Program-made: the position numbers and the translations under genes
Assembly: GCA_965287045.1 (NCBI GenBank)
Contig: OZ336878.1
Span: forward strand, 21,080,001-21,144,000
DNA length: 64,000 bases
Direction: 5' to 3'
Origin: Carcharhinus amblyrhynchos
Taxonomy: Eukaryota
The notes under the pieces: model-generated
What the model saw: only the letters and a program-made list of their open reading frames with translations
Databases searched by the model: none
Told to the model about the DNA's origin: nothing
Shown here: positions 12,871 through 25,142 of the stretch, piece by piece
Layout: each line of letters opens with the position of its first letter
Numbering within the stretch: position 1 is the stretch's first letter

Positions 12871-13012
12871 GGAATTAGTAGGGTAAAATATGTGGGGTTA
12901 TGGGGATAGGGTTGGGGGAGGGGGTTTAGGCCAGAGTAAGATGCCCAGTTGGAGAGTTGGTGCAGATTTGAACGGCCAAATGGCTTCCTTCTGTGCTGTA
13001 GGGATTCTTTGA
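12870..13012 (+). mobile_element. HE1-type SINE 3' portion
   Basis: GGAATTAGTAGGGTAAAATATGTGGGGTTATGGGGATAGG...GGCCAAATGGCTTCCTTCTGTGCTGTAGGGATTC. Confidence 0.75.
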
Positions 13013-13017
13013 TCTTC

Positions 13018-13204
13018 GACAACCACCTGAGAGGACAGACAGGGCTTTGGTTTAATATCTCATCCAGAAGAAGGGCATCTCTGACAGTGCCATACACTTA
13101 GGACTATCCTGAAACACCAGCTAAGAATTTGTACTCCAGTCTCTGGAGTGGGGCTTGAACTCATGACTTTCTAATTCTGAGGTGGGAGCGTTACCTCTGG
13201 GTCA
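13018..13204 (-). mobile_element. DeuSINE (SacSINE1-like) 5' portion
   Basis: Minus strand tRNA-like head GAGTTCAAGCCCCACTCCAGAGAC followed by Deu-domain-like GCACTGTCAGAGATGCC..GGATGAGATATTAAACCAAAGCCCTGTCTG. Confidence 0.65.
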
Positions 13205-13390
13205 TGGCAAAGGACGAATGTACTCCTTTCGATGTCTTCTATTTTGCTCCATGCAGGGTCTCCAACCTCTGGTTTTGCTGGTTTAGTGCCTCCGATGTGA
13301 CTGCCATTACTTGGCTTTTAGCATCAAAAACAGTTTTTATTTTTCCCACAAAACGTTACCCGATAAACCAAAACATAAAATTGGTGCTTT

Positions 13391-13700
13391 CATAGATATC
13401 ATAGAATCCTACATTGCAGAAGGAGGCCATTCGGTCTGCACAGACCACAATCCCACGCAGGCCCTATCCCCATAACCCCATGCATTTACCCTAACTAGTC
13501 CACTAAGGGGCAATTTATTATGGTCAATCCACCTAACCCACACATCGTTGGAGTATGGAAGGAAACCAGAGCACCTGAAGGAAACCCACTCAGACACGGG
13601 GAGAATGTGCAAGCTCCACACAGTTACCCAAACTAGGAGTCGAACCAGGTCCCTAGCTCCGTGAGGCAGCAGTGCTAACCATTGTGCCACCATGCTACCC
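13391..13700 (-). mobile_element. HE1-type V-SINE, tail A
   Basis: Full head, core and tail, matching the other copies. Confidence 0.9.
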
Positions 13701-13923
13701 CTGGAGTATGTGGAAAGAGCGGCTGGTTCTAAATCTTTCCAAAAAAGCTTTTGGAAGCCTGTTGGTAAAAGATTTCCTGTTGGCAGCAATAGTATCTTAG
13801 GGAAGAAGCTATTCCAGCATTTGTCACATTGACAAAGAATTTCAAATCCTGAGGCTTTGATACTTACAGATTAGAAAGTTTAACAACATTTCACATGGAG
13901 ACTTCAGAGGTCGGTAAAAATAA

Positions 13924-14914
13924 TAGCCGAGATTTTCGCTCCCTGTTCTAGCGTGCAGAGACAAAGAGAATTCCCCTGCTCCGTGAACCAGTTCTTTATA
14001 AATGGCCTCCAATTTCTGTTCTGGGGAAGGCAGGCTGGATTAGACCCCTGGTGCGATTGTGGAGGCTTTTGGGTGCAGAGGTGGGCTGGATGGAAGGCCT
14101 GCCTCTGTGTTCTGGCAAATTTGTTTATGTTATTTTAAAAAAAGATTAAAATGATGAACAGGCCCCCAGCCTTCATCCCTCACCAATCCACCCACCCCTC
14201 CACGCTCCCCCTGTCAATTTTTGCCATCTCATGCCCCTCTACCCACTCGCCCTGGCCCCCTCATGTACCAATGCCTCCTTCATCCATCTGGTACTTTATA
14301 GCCCCTGTGGAAACTTAAGTGAAAACTCATGCACCCTACCTACCCTGTGTCCTTTGCCTTTACCTGCACCGTGCCAAATCACCGAGTATCCTCTGATACT
14401 TCTTTGACAGGTCTGCGGTAGCCCCTTGTCAGCTTTGACAGTCGCTTGAAAGCTCTGACGGTTGAAAGTTTGACCATTCCTTAAAATCATGACTGTTTTT
14501 TGAGAGCTGGGCAGTTCTTTGACAGTTCCTTGACAGCTTTGGCAGTCCCAATGAGTTTATCTCTTTTTACACAATCATGTTAAAAGGTCTCCTTACCTGT
14601 CCCAAATGGGACCTTATCTCTCCCAAAGATATCTCAGGATCATATCTGAAGGGGAACCCTGTCTCTCCAAAGGGGTATCCTGGCTATCCAAATAAATCCA
14701 CCAAGTTCAGACGTCCTCTTATCTAGTCTAATTGCCCTTTTCTGTTTCACATTACTGATTTATCAAAATCCCAGTTGAGTGGAGCCAGCTGATGATTTAA
14801 ATAGTCGGCTGCCTCTATGAATCATTCATGCACAATCCCAGCCCAGCTCCAGTCCCACCCCAAGAAATATAGGAAAAACTGTATTAGGGGTGCAGGAACT
14901 AAAATTTTCAGCTG
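13924..14914. mobile_element. Probable old non-autonomous DNA transposon (Harbinger-like)
   Basis: Imperfect inverted ends AGCCGAGATTTT / AAAATTTTCAGCT; C-rich interior and TTTGACAG repeats. Confidence 0.4.
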
Positions 14915-15019
14915 TTTCTGGGATTTTCACCATGATGGAAAGCCTCTTTGTCATAGTGGATGTCTGGGGCTATGAATTTAGTTGCAATTGTTAAGTTTAG
15001 ATTTCCTTTAAAATGCTGC

Positions 15020-15352
15020 ACATGGCATAGTGGCACAGTAGGTGGATTGCACAGTGGCACAGTTGTTAGCACTGCTGCCTCACAGCACCTGGGACCCCGG
15101 TTCGATTCCCAGCTTGGGTCACTGTCGGTGCACATTCTCCCTGTGTCTGCATGGCTTTCCTTCGGGTGCTCTGGTTTCCTCCCACAGTCCAAAGATGTGC
15201 AAATTAGGTGGATTGGCCGTGCTAAATTACACCTTAGTGTCAGGGGAATTAGCTAGGGTAAATGCATAGGGTTACGGGGATCTGGGTGGGATTGTGGTCA
15301 ATGCAGACACGATGGGATGAATGGCCTCCTTCTGCACTGTAGGATTCTATGA
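15020..15352 (+). mobile_element. HE1-type V-SINE, tail A, with duplicated A-box segment
   Basis: GTGGCACAGT occurs twice at the head; B box GGTTCGATTCC; CR1-like tail. Confidence 0.9.
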
Positions 15353-15984
15353 ATATTTTCTATAAGCCAGCATTGAAAAAAATCAGCCAGAAGCAAATTA
15401 GGTCACCTCCCATGGATAACAACATCACATTGCCCAGTGTATAAACACAAATATAATTGCTCATTGCCCATGGCAATTACTAAATAAACTATCAGCTTAA
15501 GCAATAACTGTTACAAAAAATTGACAAACAAGCTCTTAATATTTCCATATGGCAATCTTTCGTCTATTACTCTTGGGGTGAAGTCAAACCATTTTAAACA
15601 AGTCCAGATTAAGATGGCATCAAAAGACCATGCAACTGTTAAGTGTTTAACCCCATTTTATTGTGAACAATAATTCATATGCAATCGTTTAATATGTTAA
15701 ACAGTTATCTTTCACAGACCAATTAAATCACAGAATGTCATGCAGTAATAAATCAAATCTTCAAACCAGGATTGATGATTCACCTCATTGTAAATACAAC
15801 TGATTTTTTAGAATAAGGTGACATTGTCTTTTTGGAAGAAGGGCAATATGAGTAATTGAAGCAATTGGAAGCTTCAACCAGGACATCACAGTAATGACTT
15901 GTCTTCCCATGACCTCTGGGATTATCGAATCATTGTGGCGTTTCTGCCTATTGCACCTTTGCCAGCTCTCTATTGAGCAATCCA

Positions 15985-16420
15985 GCTAATGGCCTGACTC
16001 CACTGGAGTGAAGAGGGGACATTCAGAGCACCCGAGAGAATTGGGCTGTGGGGAAGTGCTCCCTGGGCATTGGCATCTTGGCAGTGACAGTATGAGCCCC
16101 TGGCACAGCCCAAGGGGCAAAGTACCAATGCCCAGGGGGCACCTTGGCACTGACCATTGGGAATGGGGCAGTGCCAAGGAGGTGGGGCCTATGTGAGGTG
16201 GGGTCAGATGGGGCAGGCCTAATGGGAGCAAGGCCTAGGGGGCAATCGGTGGGTGTGAGGGGGTCCAGTTACCGCTCTGCACAGGGATCAGTGGAGGAAG
16301 GAGGGAGGTCCGTGATAGGGGCATGCTGCTGGGGTTGGTCAGCCGTTGGGGGAGCAGGGATGGGGGAGTTGCTAACCACTCTGCTAATATGCCATTACTT
16401 ATCTTCAGGCCCAGAAATCT
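15985..16420. mobile_element. Internal fragment of the GC-rich Harbinger-like family
   Basis: GGGGCAAAGTACCAATGCCCAGGGGGCACCTTGG shared with 57685-57720. Confidence 0.6.
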
Positions 16421-16429
16421 TGCCATTAA

Positions 16430-17100
16430 TTCCATTCCCCCTAGGCACTGTCTCAACTGCCCAGAACTTTAGTAGCTTCTGATCCCTATGTCCTCCAACA
16501 CACAAACTGACTACTTGCTACCCTATGCTATCACCTGCCTTTTTCCCAACCTGAACTCACCTGAATCTCCCGTCCATACCAGAATCTACTATTCCAACAT
16601 TACCCACCATCCTGCATACCTATTCAGCTTATCCACCATTCTATTTCCCCTGTGCTAATTCTGACCCAGTCGTTGCCCTTGCCGAAACATATTAGCTCCC
16701 AATCCCCTAGGACCTCAAGTTTAAAATTCACATTCTCAGGATTCAATCACTTCATGGCATCAGCACTCTCGAGCCCTTGTGGCATTCTGCAGCCCTACAG
16801 ATCATTTCCCCCATAAACATCCCATTATCTGTCATTTCCCTCTTGCATTTCCAGTTGGCTTCAAGCAGCCTTGCCTTCAGTAGTCTCGACTCCATATTCC
16901 AAAATTCCATCCCGAAATCAGTCTGCACCCCCGCATCCTTCTCCTCTCAGGCCCTCTCTGTCAGTCCTTTTGTTCAGCCCTTCTAATAGCTCCGTCTTTG
17001 GCTTGTCACCCATTTTGTTGACCGCCTGTCGAATCAACTTGGAATGTTTCCTAAATGGTGAATATGGTAATGGTATATATGGAAATAGTTGCTGTCTTTG
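16430..17100 (+). mobile_element. Ancient L2 LINE 3' end
   Basis: C-rich degenerate L2-like sequence (TTTAAAATTC..., GCCTTGCCTTCAGT..., AATTCCATCCC). Confidence 0.5.
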
Positions 17101-17379
17101 CTGTCATGATCACTGAACACCCAAGAGACAGAACACAGCTGACAGCCTGAAAGATAACATTCCTGCTGTAGAATTGCAGTTTGAACAAAGGGATAAGTTC
17201 ATCCTTCAGAACACCCGGTGGGAAGAGAGGAAGGGAGGTGTCTTACTTCAGATCACATTTCACAAAAAGTCAACCTCCATGGAGAACGCAAAATTAATTT
17301 TACAAAATGTTCCACCACAATTTTCTTTAAATACCTTCTGCAATTTAAGCAATTACATGATGAAAGGCTTGCCAGAGAA

Positions 17380-18180
17380 TGTGAAGTAAATGGCGTCTAT
17401 TATCCTGCTGCTGAGCTTCGAGGGTGCAGAGTCTATTCACTTGCTGTGCGCTACTAAGAAACGGCGACAGCCAATGGCCTCTAGAATAAGAATTCTGTGC
17501 TCGCCTTGTTTGTGAGGCAAAAAAAAAAGCAAATGCATGTTCTTCCTTGTTTGCCTGCAAACCTTCTGAGTCCCTCAAATGCCGCGACACATTTCCTTGG
17601 CACAGCAAGCCACGAGGATAGGGCTTTAATTGTCGCATAAATCAATCCTAAGCCACTTGCCTGCATTTCAAATTTTCCCGTCGCTCTCCCTTTCCATTAT
17701 CGGGAAAGGAAGGATGCTGGCAAGGGTGCTGGTTCGTTCTGGGCAGAATGAGCTTCTCAGATTATTTTGCCACCAGCAGTTCATGCCCTTTTTTAAGACT
17801 GGCAACAAAATTGCAGCCTTTTTCAACAAGAGTCTGTTAGAATGACATGGTGGTGAGCGAGGCTGCCAGATCTGCAGGCACATAAATTGTAGGGCTCTGT
17901 ACTGCCAGCTGTGTTGCCCTGAAACGATCAGTTCTCCCAAGAGCCTGCTGCTTTTCACACTAAACGCACGGGGAACAGAACAAAACATTCAGGCGTCTGC
18001 TGGATGAAGGAAGACCTGTTTTCTAAACATTACAGGGATTGGCGCGTTAAACTGGCTGCCACCATCTTGCCACGAATAAATTGACACAAATTGCGAACCG
18101 GTCCATTTATCAGCGGAGGGAATGAAAAGTTGTAATATGTTCATTTGTCGGGCCTGACTGTTTTACAACATTTGCAAAAT
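17380..18180. promoter_or_regulatory. Candidate enhancer or conserved non-coding element
   Basis: No recognisable TE; CpGs retained; PBX-HOX-type ATTGATTTATG (minus, 17636-17646) and further TAAT/CATAAA sites. Confidence 0.4.
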
Positions 18181-18621
18181 ACTTTCTCAAAGTGTGATAA
18201 AATCTCTTTGCCCATCGAGCCATATAACCTTGATTGATGGTGGTTGTAAACCACAGCTGAAAGGCCCTCACAATCCCAAGTCAGTTATATGGTTTTATGC
18301 AGTTTTTATTGGGCATAAACTGCTCAACTTTTTAAGTAGTAAATGATATAAGACTCAGAAATTAATGGAAAGGGAAATAATTCATACACATCCAATGTGT
18401 TATGACTAGTATATGTGTCATTATCACTTTTTCATCCACATAGGACATGTAAACTGTAAACTGAGCGACTGTTATACCAACACAGTCAATACATTAGAAT
18501 TTCAAAGTGCTTTTAGTGATGAATCAGCTGGCATTTGCTTTTAGCTGGTTTGTGTTTATACTCTATGCAAACGCTGTAAGAAGCTTGGAATTATGGCCTG
18601 AATTTTTCGGAACCCCAGCAT

Positions 18622-18925
18622 TTAGAGTTTTAAGTTTTATTTATTAGTGTCACAAGTAGGCTTACATTAACACTGCAATGAAGCTACTGTGAAAATCCCC
18701 TAGTTGTCACACTCTGGCACCTGTTTGAGTACACTGAGGTACAATTTAGCATGGCCAGTGCACCTAACCAGCATGCCTTTCGGACTGTGGGAGGAACCAG
18801 AGCACCCGGAAGAAACTCATGCAGACATGTGCAGACTCTATACAGAAGAGTGACCCAAACCGAGAATCGAACCTGGGTCCTTGGCATTGCGAGGCAGCAG
18901 TGCTAACCACTGAGCCACTGTGACA
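18622..18925 (-). mobile_element. V-SINE, tail type B
   Basis: Full head plus tail CTAGGGGATTTTCACAGTAGCTTCATTGCAGTGTTAATGTAAGCCTACTTGTGACACTAATAAATAAAA. Confidence 0.9.
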
Positions 18926-19451
18926 CCCACTATGACGGAGTGCCAGTGGGGATTGTATTCCCACCCAACCTGACAGCCCAGTGCCATTTCATGCTCAAAT
19001 GAGCATTGATTGGCAGGGGGTGAGACTTCCATGCACACTTGGAAGGAAGTCCGACCTTGGAGAACTGTCAGCCAATCTGATCTCCAGCCCATGCAAGAAG
19101 ATTGCTGTGATGGCCACAAGAGGTACTGCAGTGCTGCGTCCAGGACTAAATTTTGGGAGCTGGTATGAAGGTAATTGGTAAGTGTCCTGGGCAGGGGAAG
19201 GTGTGGGACTCTTGTGGGAGCTTTGGTTAACAGTGGTTAGGCTGCTGCTGATGTATGCCTGGAGGTGATCAGTCCTTGAGAAGACGGTTCCCCAAGTCAA
19301 TAGGGGGCTTTTAGTGGAGGTACCCACCACCTCCCATCACTGCGTTGCCCAAGATCAAGAATCTTTAACTGTCCTATTTCCCATTGCCCACAAGCCTAAC
19401 AGTTGAGGCTGAATGGGAAAAGGTTGTTAAATGGCTGCAGGGTCCTTAACT

Positions 19452-19710
19452 GGAGCAACTTCTTCACTCAAAGGGTGGTGAATCTCTGGAATTCTCTGCC
19501 CGTTGAGGTGGTGGAGGCTGCCTCGCTAAATATTTTTAAGACGCAGGTTGTTGGGTTTTTGATAAGCGAGGGGATTAAGGGTTATGGGGAGAGGGCGGGA
19601 ATGTGGAACTGAGACACGACAGATCAGCCATGATCTTATTGAATGGCGGGGCAGGCTCAAAGGGCTGGATGGCCTACTCCTGCTCCTATTTCTTATGTTC
19701 TTATGTTCTT
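19452..19710 (+). mobile_element. Young CR1 3' end
   Basis: 'NFFTQRVVNLWNSLPVEVVEAASLNIFK...GYGERAG'; same subfamily as 54117 and 61842; (TTCTTATG)n tail. Confidence 0.9.
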
Positions 19711-20544
19711 AAAGACAGGCTTGTCATTCAAGATCTTGCCCACCTCAGCTTAAAATTCCATCAGGTCAGGGTGGGGGAGATCCTGGAGAGAATGCTTTAC
19801 ATGCAATTTCCCTCCTCCAGCTTCAAAACCATTGGAAGGACCATCAAATTCTGGTCTATGTTCTGCTTTGACATAGAAATCATGGAATAGAATCTCAGAA
19901 TGTTGCCTTGGTACCGCTCCTCTTCTATGTCTTAACTTTTGCAAAAGTGCAGCCCTTTGTCCATTTCCAAGTATTAGTGGGGTGTCCACCCCACCTCTGG
20001 GATAATTAGTGGTGAACTTGGACATGCTCTGAAGAAATTTTTAGGATCCTGGGAGCTACAGCACAGAATGAGTTACTTTTGAGCTGCAGTAAATAGTTGC
20101 ATAGACAAATGTCGCAGTCATTCTGTATCAATTCAGAAACACAACCAATGGTAGCGTTGGTTGAGGTAGGAATGTTAACCAGGACATCAAGTGAAGTCAC
20201 TGATCTTCTTTCAAATGGTGCCCTAGCACGCTTGGAATTCAATCAAACCATTTCAACAAGCAGATGGAGCTTTGGATTAATAGTTCATCAAATTTATGAC
20301 TATCAGTACTGCGCTCTCTCACTTATATGTTGTACTTGTCCTAATGTTACCTGTTATGCCATCGAAGACAGTTGAAGCAATTTTTAATGTCTATCATGCA
20401 ATGTGCAATGCACTTTGAGATTGGGAGAAGTTAGTCATGCTGAGGAATAAGATGTCTTCCACTTAACACGTCAGTAGAATTGTTCCTTTGTACGTTTGAG
20501 CAGTGCAGTTTCCCCACATACTCTGTCTTGTGTACAACTGAGCT

Positions 20545-20900
20545 GGCACAGTGGTTAGCACTGCTGCTTCACAGAGCCAGAGACCCATGTTCAATTTCTG
20601 GCTTGGGTCACTATCAGTGTGAAGTCTGCATGTTCTCCCTATGTCTGAGTGGGTTTTCTCCAAGTGCTCCAGTTTCCCACAATCCAAAAGACAAGCTGAT
20701 TAAGTGCATTGGCCATGCTAAATTCTCCCTCAGATTATTTATTAGTGTCACAAGTAAGCTTACAATAACATTGCAATGAAGTTGCTGTGAAAATCCCTTA
20801 GTCGCCACACTCCAGCGATGAGGAGATTTTTACAGTAACTTCATTGTGGTTCTAACGTAAGCCTACTTGTGACACCAATAAATAAACTTTAAAAATTTTA
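20545..20900 (+). mobile_element. V-SINE, tail B, containing an inverted copy of its own tail
   Basis: Head and core to 20733, inverted tail 20735-20817, direct tail 20821-20890. Confidence 0.85.
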
Positions 20901-22199
20901 ACTTCTCAAATCAGGAACACCATCAATTGGATATAATGCTATTGATTAGTTGGAGATAAGTACCACTGTTAAGTGTTCATATTGAGACTGTTTGTAATAG
21001 ACTTGTGAATATGTAATTTTGCAAACTCCTTTTGGCAGGAGTTTAATAAAATTAGAAAGATCATGAGCAGTACATGCAGGACAAAGTGCAGCCTACATTG
21101 CATGCAATGGACTCTGTATGCAGGATGCTGCAACTGAGATATACTCTGCAGGATCTAATGGGCAGAATACGTAAGCTGTTGGGGAGGGATGGTAATCTTT
21201 TGAAGACAATACGAGCCTAAAAAGCAATCAGCTCCCAAATGACAATCAATCACAGAGCCCCTGAGTTAAGATAGGGGAAAAATAGGCAATGGGTACAGCA
21301 GGAAGTGTTATATATTTCATCCTCTTCAACTCTGGAGTGCTGAGGTTGATTGCAATGGCTGTGCTGCTGCCTGAAGTGATGCTAATTCCATGTGAATCAG
21401 GAATGAAACTCAAGGCTCTCCTGATCTGCCAGACTCAAGTACTCAGGAGAAACACTTGCTGAACTGCCAGGGTGCTTCAGCATAACACTTCTCACTGCGA
21501 AGCGCGCTCTCTGTGAAAGTAATGAATTCTGAAGTATTGAAATCACTTAACAAAAACACATCAAGCCTTCATTGAAATTTCTACTTAATTTTTTCCAACC
21601 TACAAGATCTGCAAAGGAACCAGTGTGCATGGATACTAGGATTAGATTCTTTTCTGAACTGCCTGTGATAATGAACTAACAATTAGTCATAGTTGAGAGA
21701 GGGCATTACCATGGCAGCAATTTTTCAGACTGCCAAGGCACTTTGTCCAATTATGTGATGCACGCTTATCTCCCAGCACTACATATTTCAAGGTGTGCTA
21801 TTTTAACTTGCAGCAGATTGGGTGACGACTTGTAAACCACTAATTAAGCCATTCCTAATGTTTCTACGAATTGCAGGCTGAGAAACGTAGCCAATGTCCC
21901 CTGTAACACACTGAAAGGATAAACTGATTCAGAGCTGTGGACAGCTTTGAGGACTACTGAGAAGGCAAACTCTTCGAGGGCAGACAGGCAACACTAAGCT
22001 GTCAAATACAAAAGAAGGGTTGGCAGAGTTTCACTGACCTGCTCTCCCACAGATTGATGGCTGGGCGTCTGATGCATCTGAAAAACACAGCAGGTCAAAG
22101 CTTGAAATATTAAGCGTAGCATTATACAAATATGCAGGTCAATTCTGCTCCATCCTGCAGATCAAAGAGTTCTGAACAGAGATCAGAGCTCATCCTTTA

Positions 22200-23200
22200 C
22201 CTAACACTCAATACGTAAGTGAAATGGGCACATACTTGACAAATTAATTTCAATATAGCTAAATGTGAAGTAGTGTATTCCGACAGGAAGAATCAGTAGG
22301 CCATATATTAGCTTAGAAAGTAAGAGTCTGAATAGGGTTGAAAAGTAAAAGGTTCAAGTGGTACTCATTCACAATCACTGAAAGTAGAGACAGGTTAATA
22401 AGGCCATGAAAAAAAGCAAGCCTAGCGCTGAGGTTAATTTTTAGAGGAATAGAATTGGAAAGCAGGGAAGTCATGCTATATTTGTCTGGTAAGACCTATA
22501 TTGGTAACCATCCTTGCAGTGTTAGTAGACACAGTTCTGGTATTTATATTATAAGAAATAAAGACATTGGGGAAGATGGTAAAATGATTTGATTTGATTT
22601 GATTTATTATTGTCACATATATTGGCATGAAGTGAAAAGTATTGTTTCATGTGCACCAAACAGACAAAGCATACTATTCATAGAGAAGGAAAGGAGAGAG
22701 TGCAGGATGTAATGTTACAGTCATAGCTAGGGTGTAGAGAAAGATCAACTTAATGTGAGGTAGATCCATTCAAATGTCTAATGGCAGCAGGGAAGGAGTT
22801 GTTCTTCAATCGGTTTTGGTACGTGTCCTCAGACTTTTGTATCTTTTTCCCGGCAGAAGAAGGTGGAAGAGAGCATGTCCAGAGTGTGTGAGGTCCTTAA
22901 TTATGCTGGCTGCTTTTCTAAGGCAGCGGGAAATGTAGATAGTGTCAACGGGTGAGAGGCTGGTTTGAGTGATGGACTGGGCTTCGTTCACAACGGTTTC
23001 TGGTTTGTTACAGTCTTGGACAGAGCAGGAGTCATATCAAGCTGTGATACAACCAGAAAGAATGATTATCAAGCTCAATATCAGAGGATATTTAGAAAGG
23101 ATTGAACAGGCTGGGGTTCTTTTCTCTTCTGAAGAGAAGTCTGGGAGGGGGCTCGATGGAGGTTATTAAAATCCTGAAGATTTGATAGGACAGAGAAGAT
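22200..23200 (+). mobile_element. Old CR1 fragment interrupted by Rex/Babar
   Basis: AAATGTGAAGTAGTG.., AGAGGAATAGAATTGGAAAGCAGGGAAGTCATGCTA and other degenerate CR1 motifs. Confidence 0.6.
22585..23065 (-). mobile_element. Rex1/Babar 3' fragment
   Basis: ORF 'AQSITQTSLSPVDTIYISRCLRKAASIIKDLTHSGHALFHLLLPGKRYKSLRTRT'; (AAATC)n tail. Confidence 0.9.
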
Positions 23201-23841
23201 ACTTTGGCTTGAGCAATATTGAAAAACCAGCCTGTGCCTTAAAGGTCAGTGTAGCTTACTTACCTTCACTTGGCCTTGGAAACTTGCTGCTGGACACAGA
23301 TCTCACCAGCCTGAAGCAGACGGTTAGGTAAGATAGAAATGGCTGAATTTCAAGTTAATAATTACGAGTGGAGTGACAAACTATCTTAATTGTTTCTCCA
23401 TTGGAAGTTACGGGCCTATATGTCCATTTGAAGAAAGTCCACCTTCACTAATGGCTTGCGGACTCTTCACCCTGATGTAAAACATCATTGAGCTCCTAGT
23501 TGTGATACTTCCCTCCAGTACTTAGTGCATGCACGAGGTGCCTATCCCAACAGGCAGAAAGAGAATTAGAATGACACCATGGCACTTCAAAGGCAGACCC
23601 AAGTTCCTTGAAGGGTGCAAGACTTTAAAGTACTTTCTTTCCTCAGTGTTTCCAAGAATCATTTGCGTACTATGGAGGAACGTGAACCTTTCCAAAATTT
23701 AACTCCACGTTCACCGTGGATTACATATCCAGCTTTCAACTGATGAGAGTTCCATTGTGCTTACCAGGGTTACAACCTATTAGGAATGATCATTTTGACA
23801 AGAACGCAAAAGGCAACAGCTACCCATGGAATTGCATCTCA

Positions 23842-24174
23842 TATAATCATGGAATCCCTACATGTAGAAGGAGGTCTTTCAGTCCATGCACTGATTCTGA
23901 CAGAGCATCTTAACCTCACTCTATGCCCATAACCCCTTGCATTTACCCCGCTAATCCCCCTAACATTCACATCTTGGGACACTAATGGGCAATTTAACAT
24001 GGCCAATCCACCTAATTGGCACAACTTTGGACTGTGGGAGGAAACCAGACCACCCAGAGGAAACCCATACAGACACTGGGAGAAGATGCAAACTCTACTA
24101 AGACAATGACCCAAGGCCAGAATTGCACCCTGGTCCCTAGCGCTGTGAGGCACCTGTGCTATCCATTGTGTCAC
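23842..24174 (-). mobile_element. HE1-type V-SINE, tail A
   Basis: Head, core and tail similar to the other copies. Confidence 0.85.
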
Positions 24175-24275
24175 TCCTTGTAATCAGGGCAGAAAATGGA
24201 CAAAGAGAGCTCTGACTGCTACAGGACAGCAACACAAATTTGTCATTTTCCATGAATTATAACTTATAATACTTA

Positions 24276-24414
24276 GGCTGGAATTCTCTGTCTTGTTGTT
24301 CTCTTGCTGCTACCACTGCCAGCAAGAATGGGAATTTGGCACTCAGCTAAACCTCCTTTCGCAGTGCCAAGACTGGAGAATCCCAACCGCAGGTGAGATC
24401 AGAGAATACCAGCC
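24276..24414. mobile_element. PIF/Harbinger MITE
   Basis: 13-bp TIR GGCTGGAATTCTC / GAGAATACCAGCC (12/13) with TTA duplicated on both sides. Confidence 0.8.
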
Positions 24415-24599
24415 TTAGTTTATAATACCCAGGTCATTATAGTTGCTAAAAGGGGCATCATCTATTGTAACATGTATGGTAATAACATTCCCATTTACTG
24501 ATATGCTTCACTTTATCAGATTATAGCCAAAATGTGAAAATGTGTGGGCACAACAACACTTTTGAAGAACCAAATAGGCATGAAAAGTCAAAGCGCCTC

Positions 24600-25142
24600 C
24601 TCTGTGAAGTTTTGATGTCCTTATCTGAGGAAGGATGTCCTTGCTTTTGAGGGAGAACAGCAAATGTTTACCAGGCTGATTCCCGGGATGGTAGATCTGT
24701 CACATGAGGAGAGACCAAATCGGTTAGAATTATGTTCACTGGAGTTTAGACGAGTGAGAGGGGATCTCATAGAAACTTAGAAAATTCTAACAGAGTTAGA
24801 CAGGGTAGATTCAGAAAGAATGTGCCCAATGTTTCCCAGAACTAGGGGTCATAATTTGAGGATAAGGGTTACTCCTTTTGAGACTGAGGTGAGGAGGAAT
24901 TTCTTCAATCAGAGAGTGGTGAATGTGTGGAATTCACTACCACAGGAAGTAGATGAGGCCAAAACATTGTTTGATTTCAAGAAGAAATTAGATATAACTC
25001 TTGGGGCTAAAGAGATCAAGGGATATGAGAGGAAGGCGGAATCAGGATACTGAATTTGGTGATCAGCCATAATCAAAAAGTATAGACTCAAAGGGCTGAA
25101 TGGCCTCCTCCTGCTTTTATTTTCTATGTTTCAATGATTCTA
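24600..25142 (+). mobile_element. CR1 3' fragment
   Basis: 'RTRGHNLRIR...RRNFFNQRVVNVWNSLP...IKGY'; 3' UTR AAGGGCTGAATGGCCT. Confidence 0.85.
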
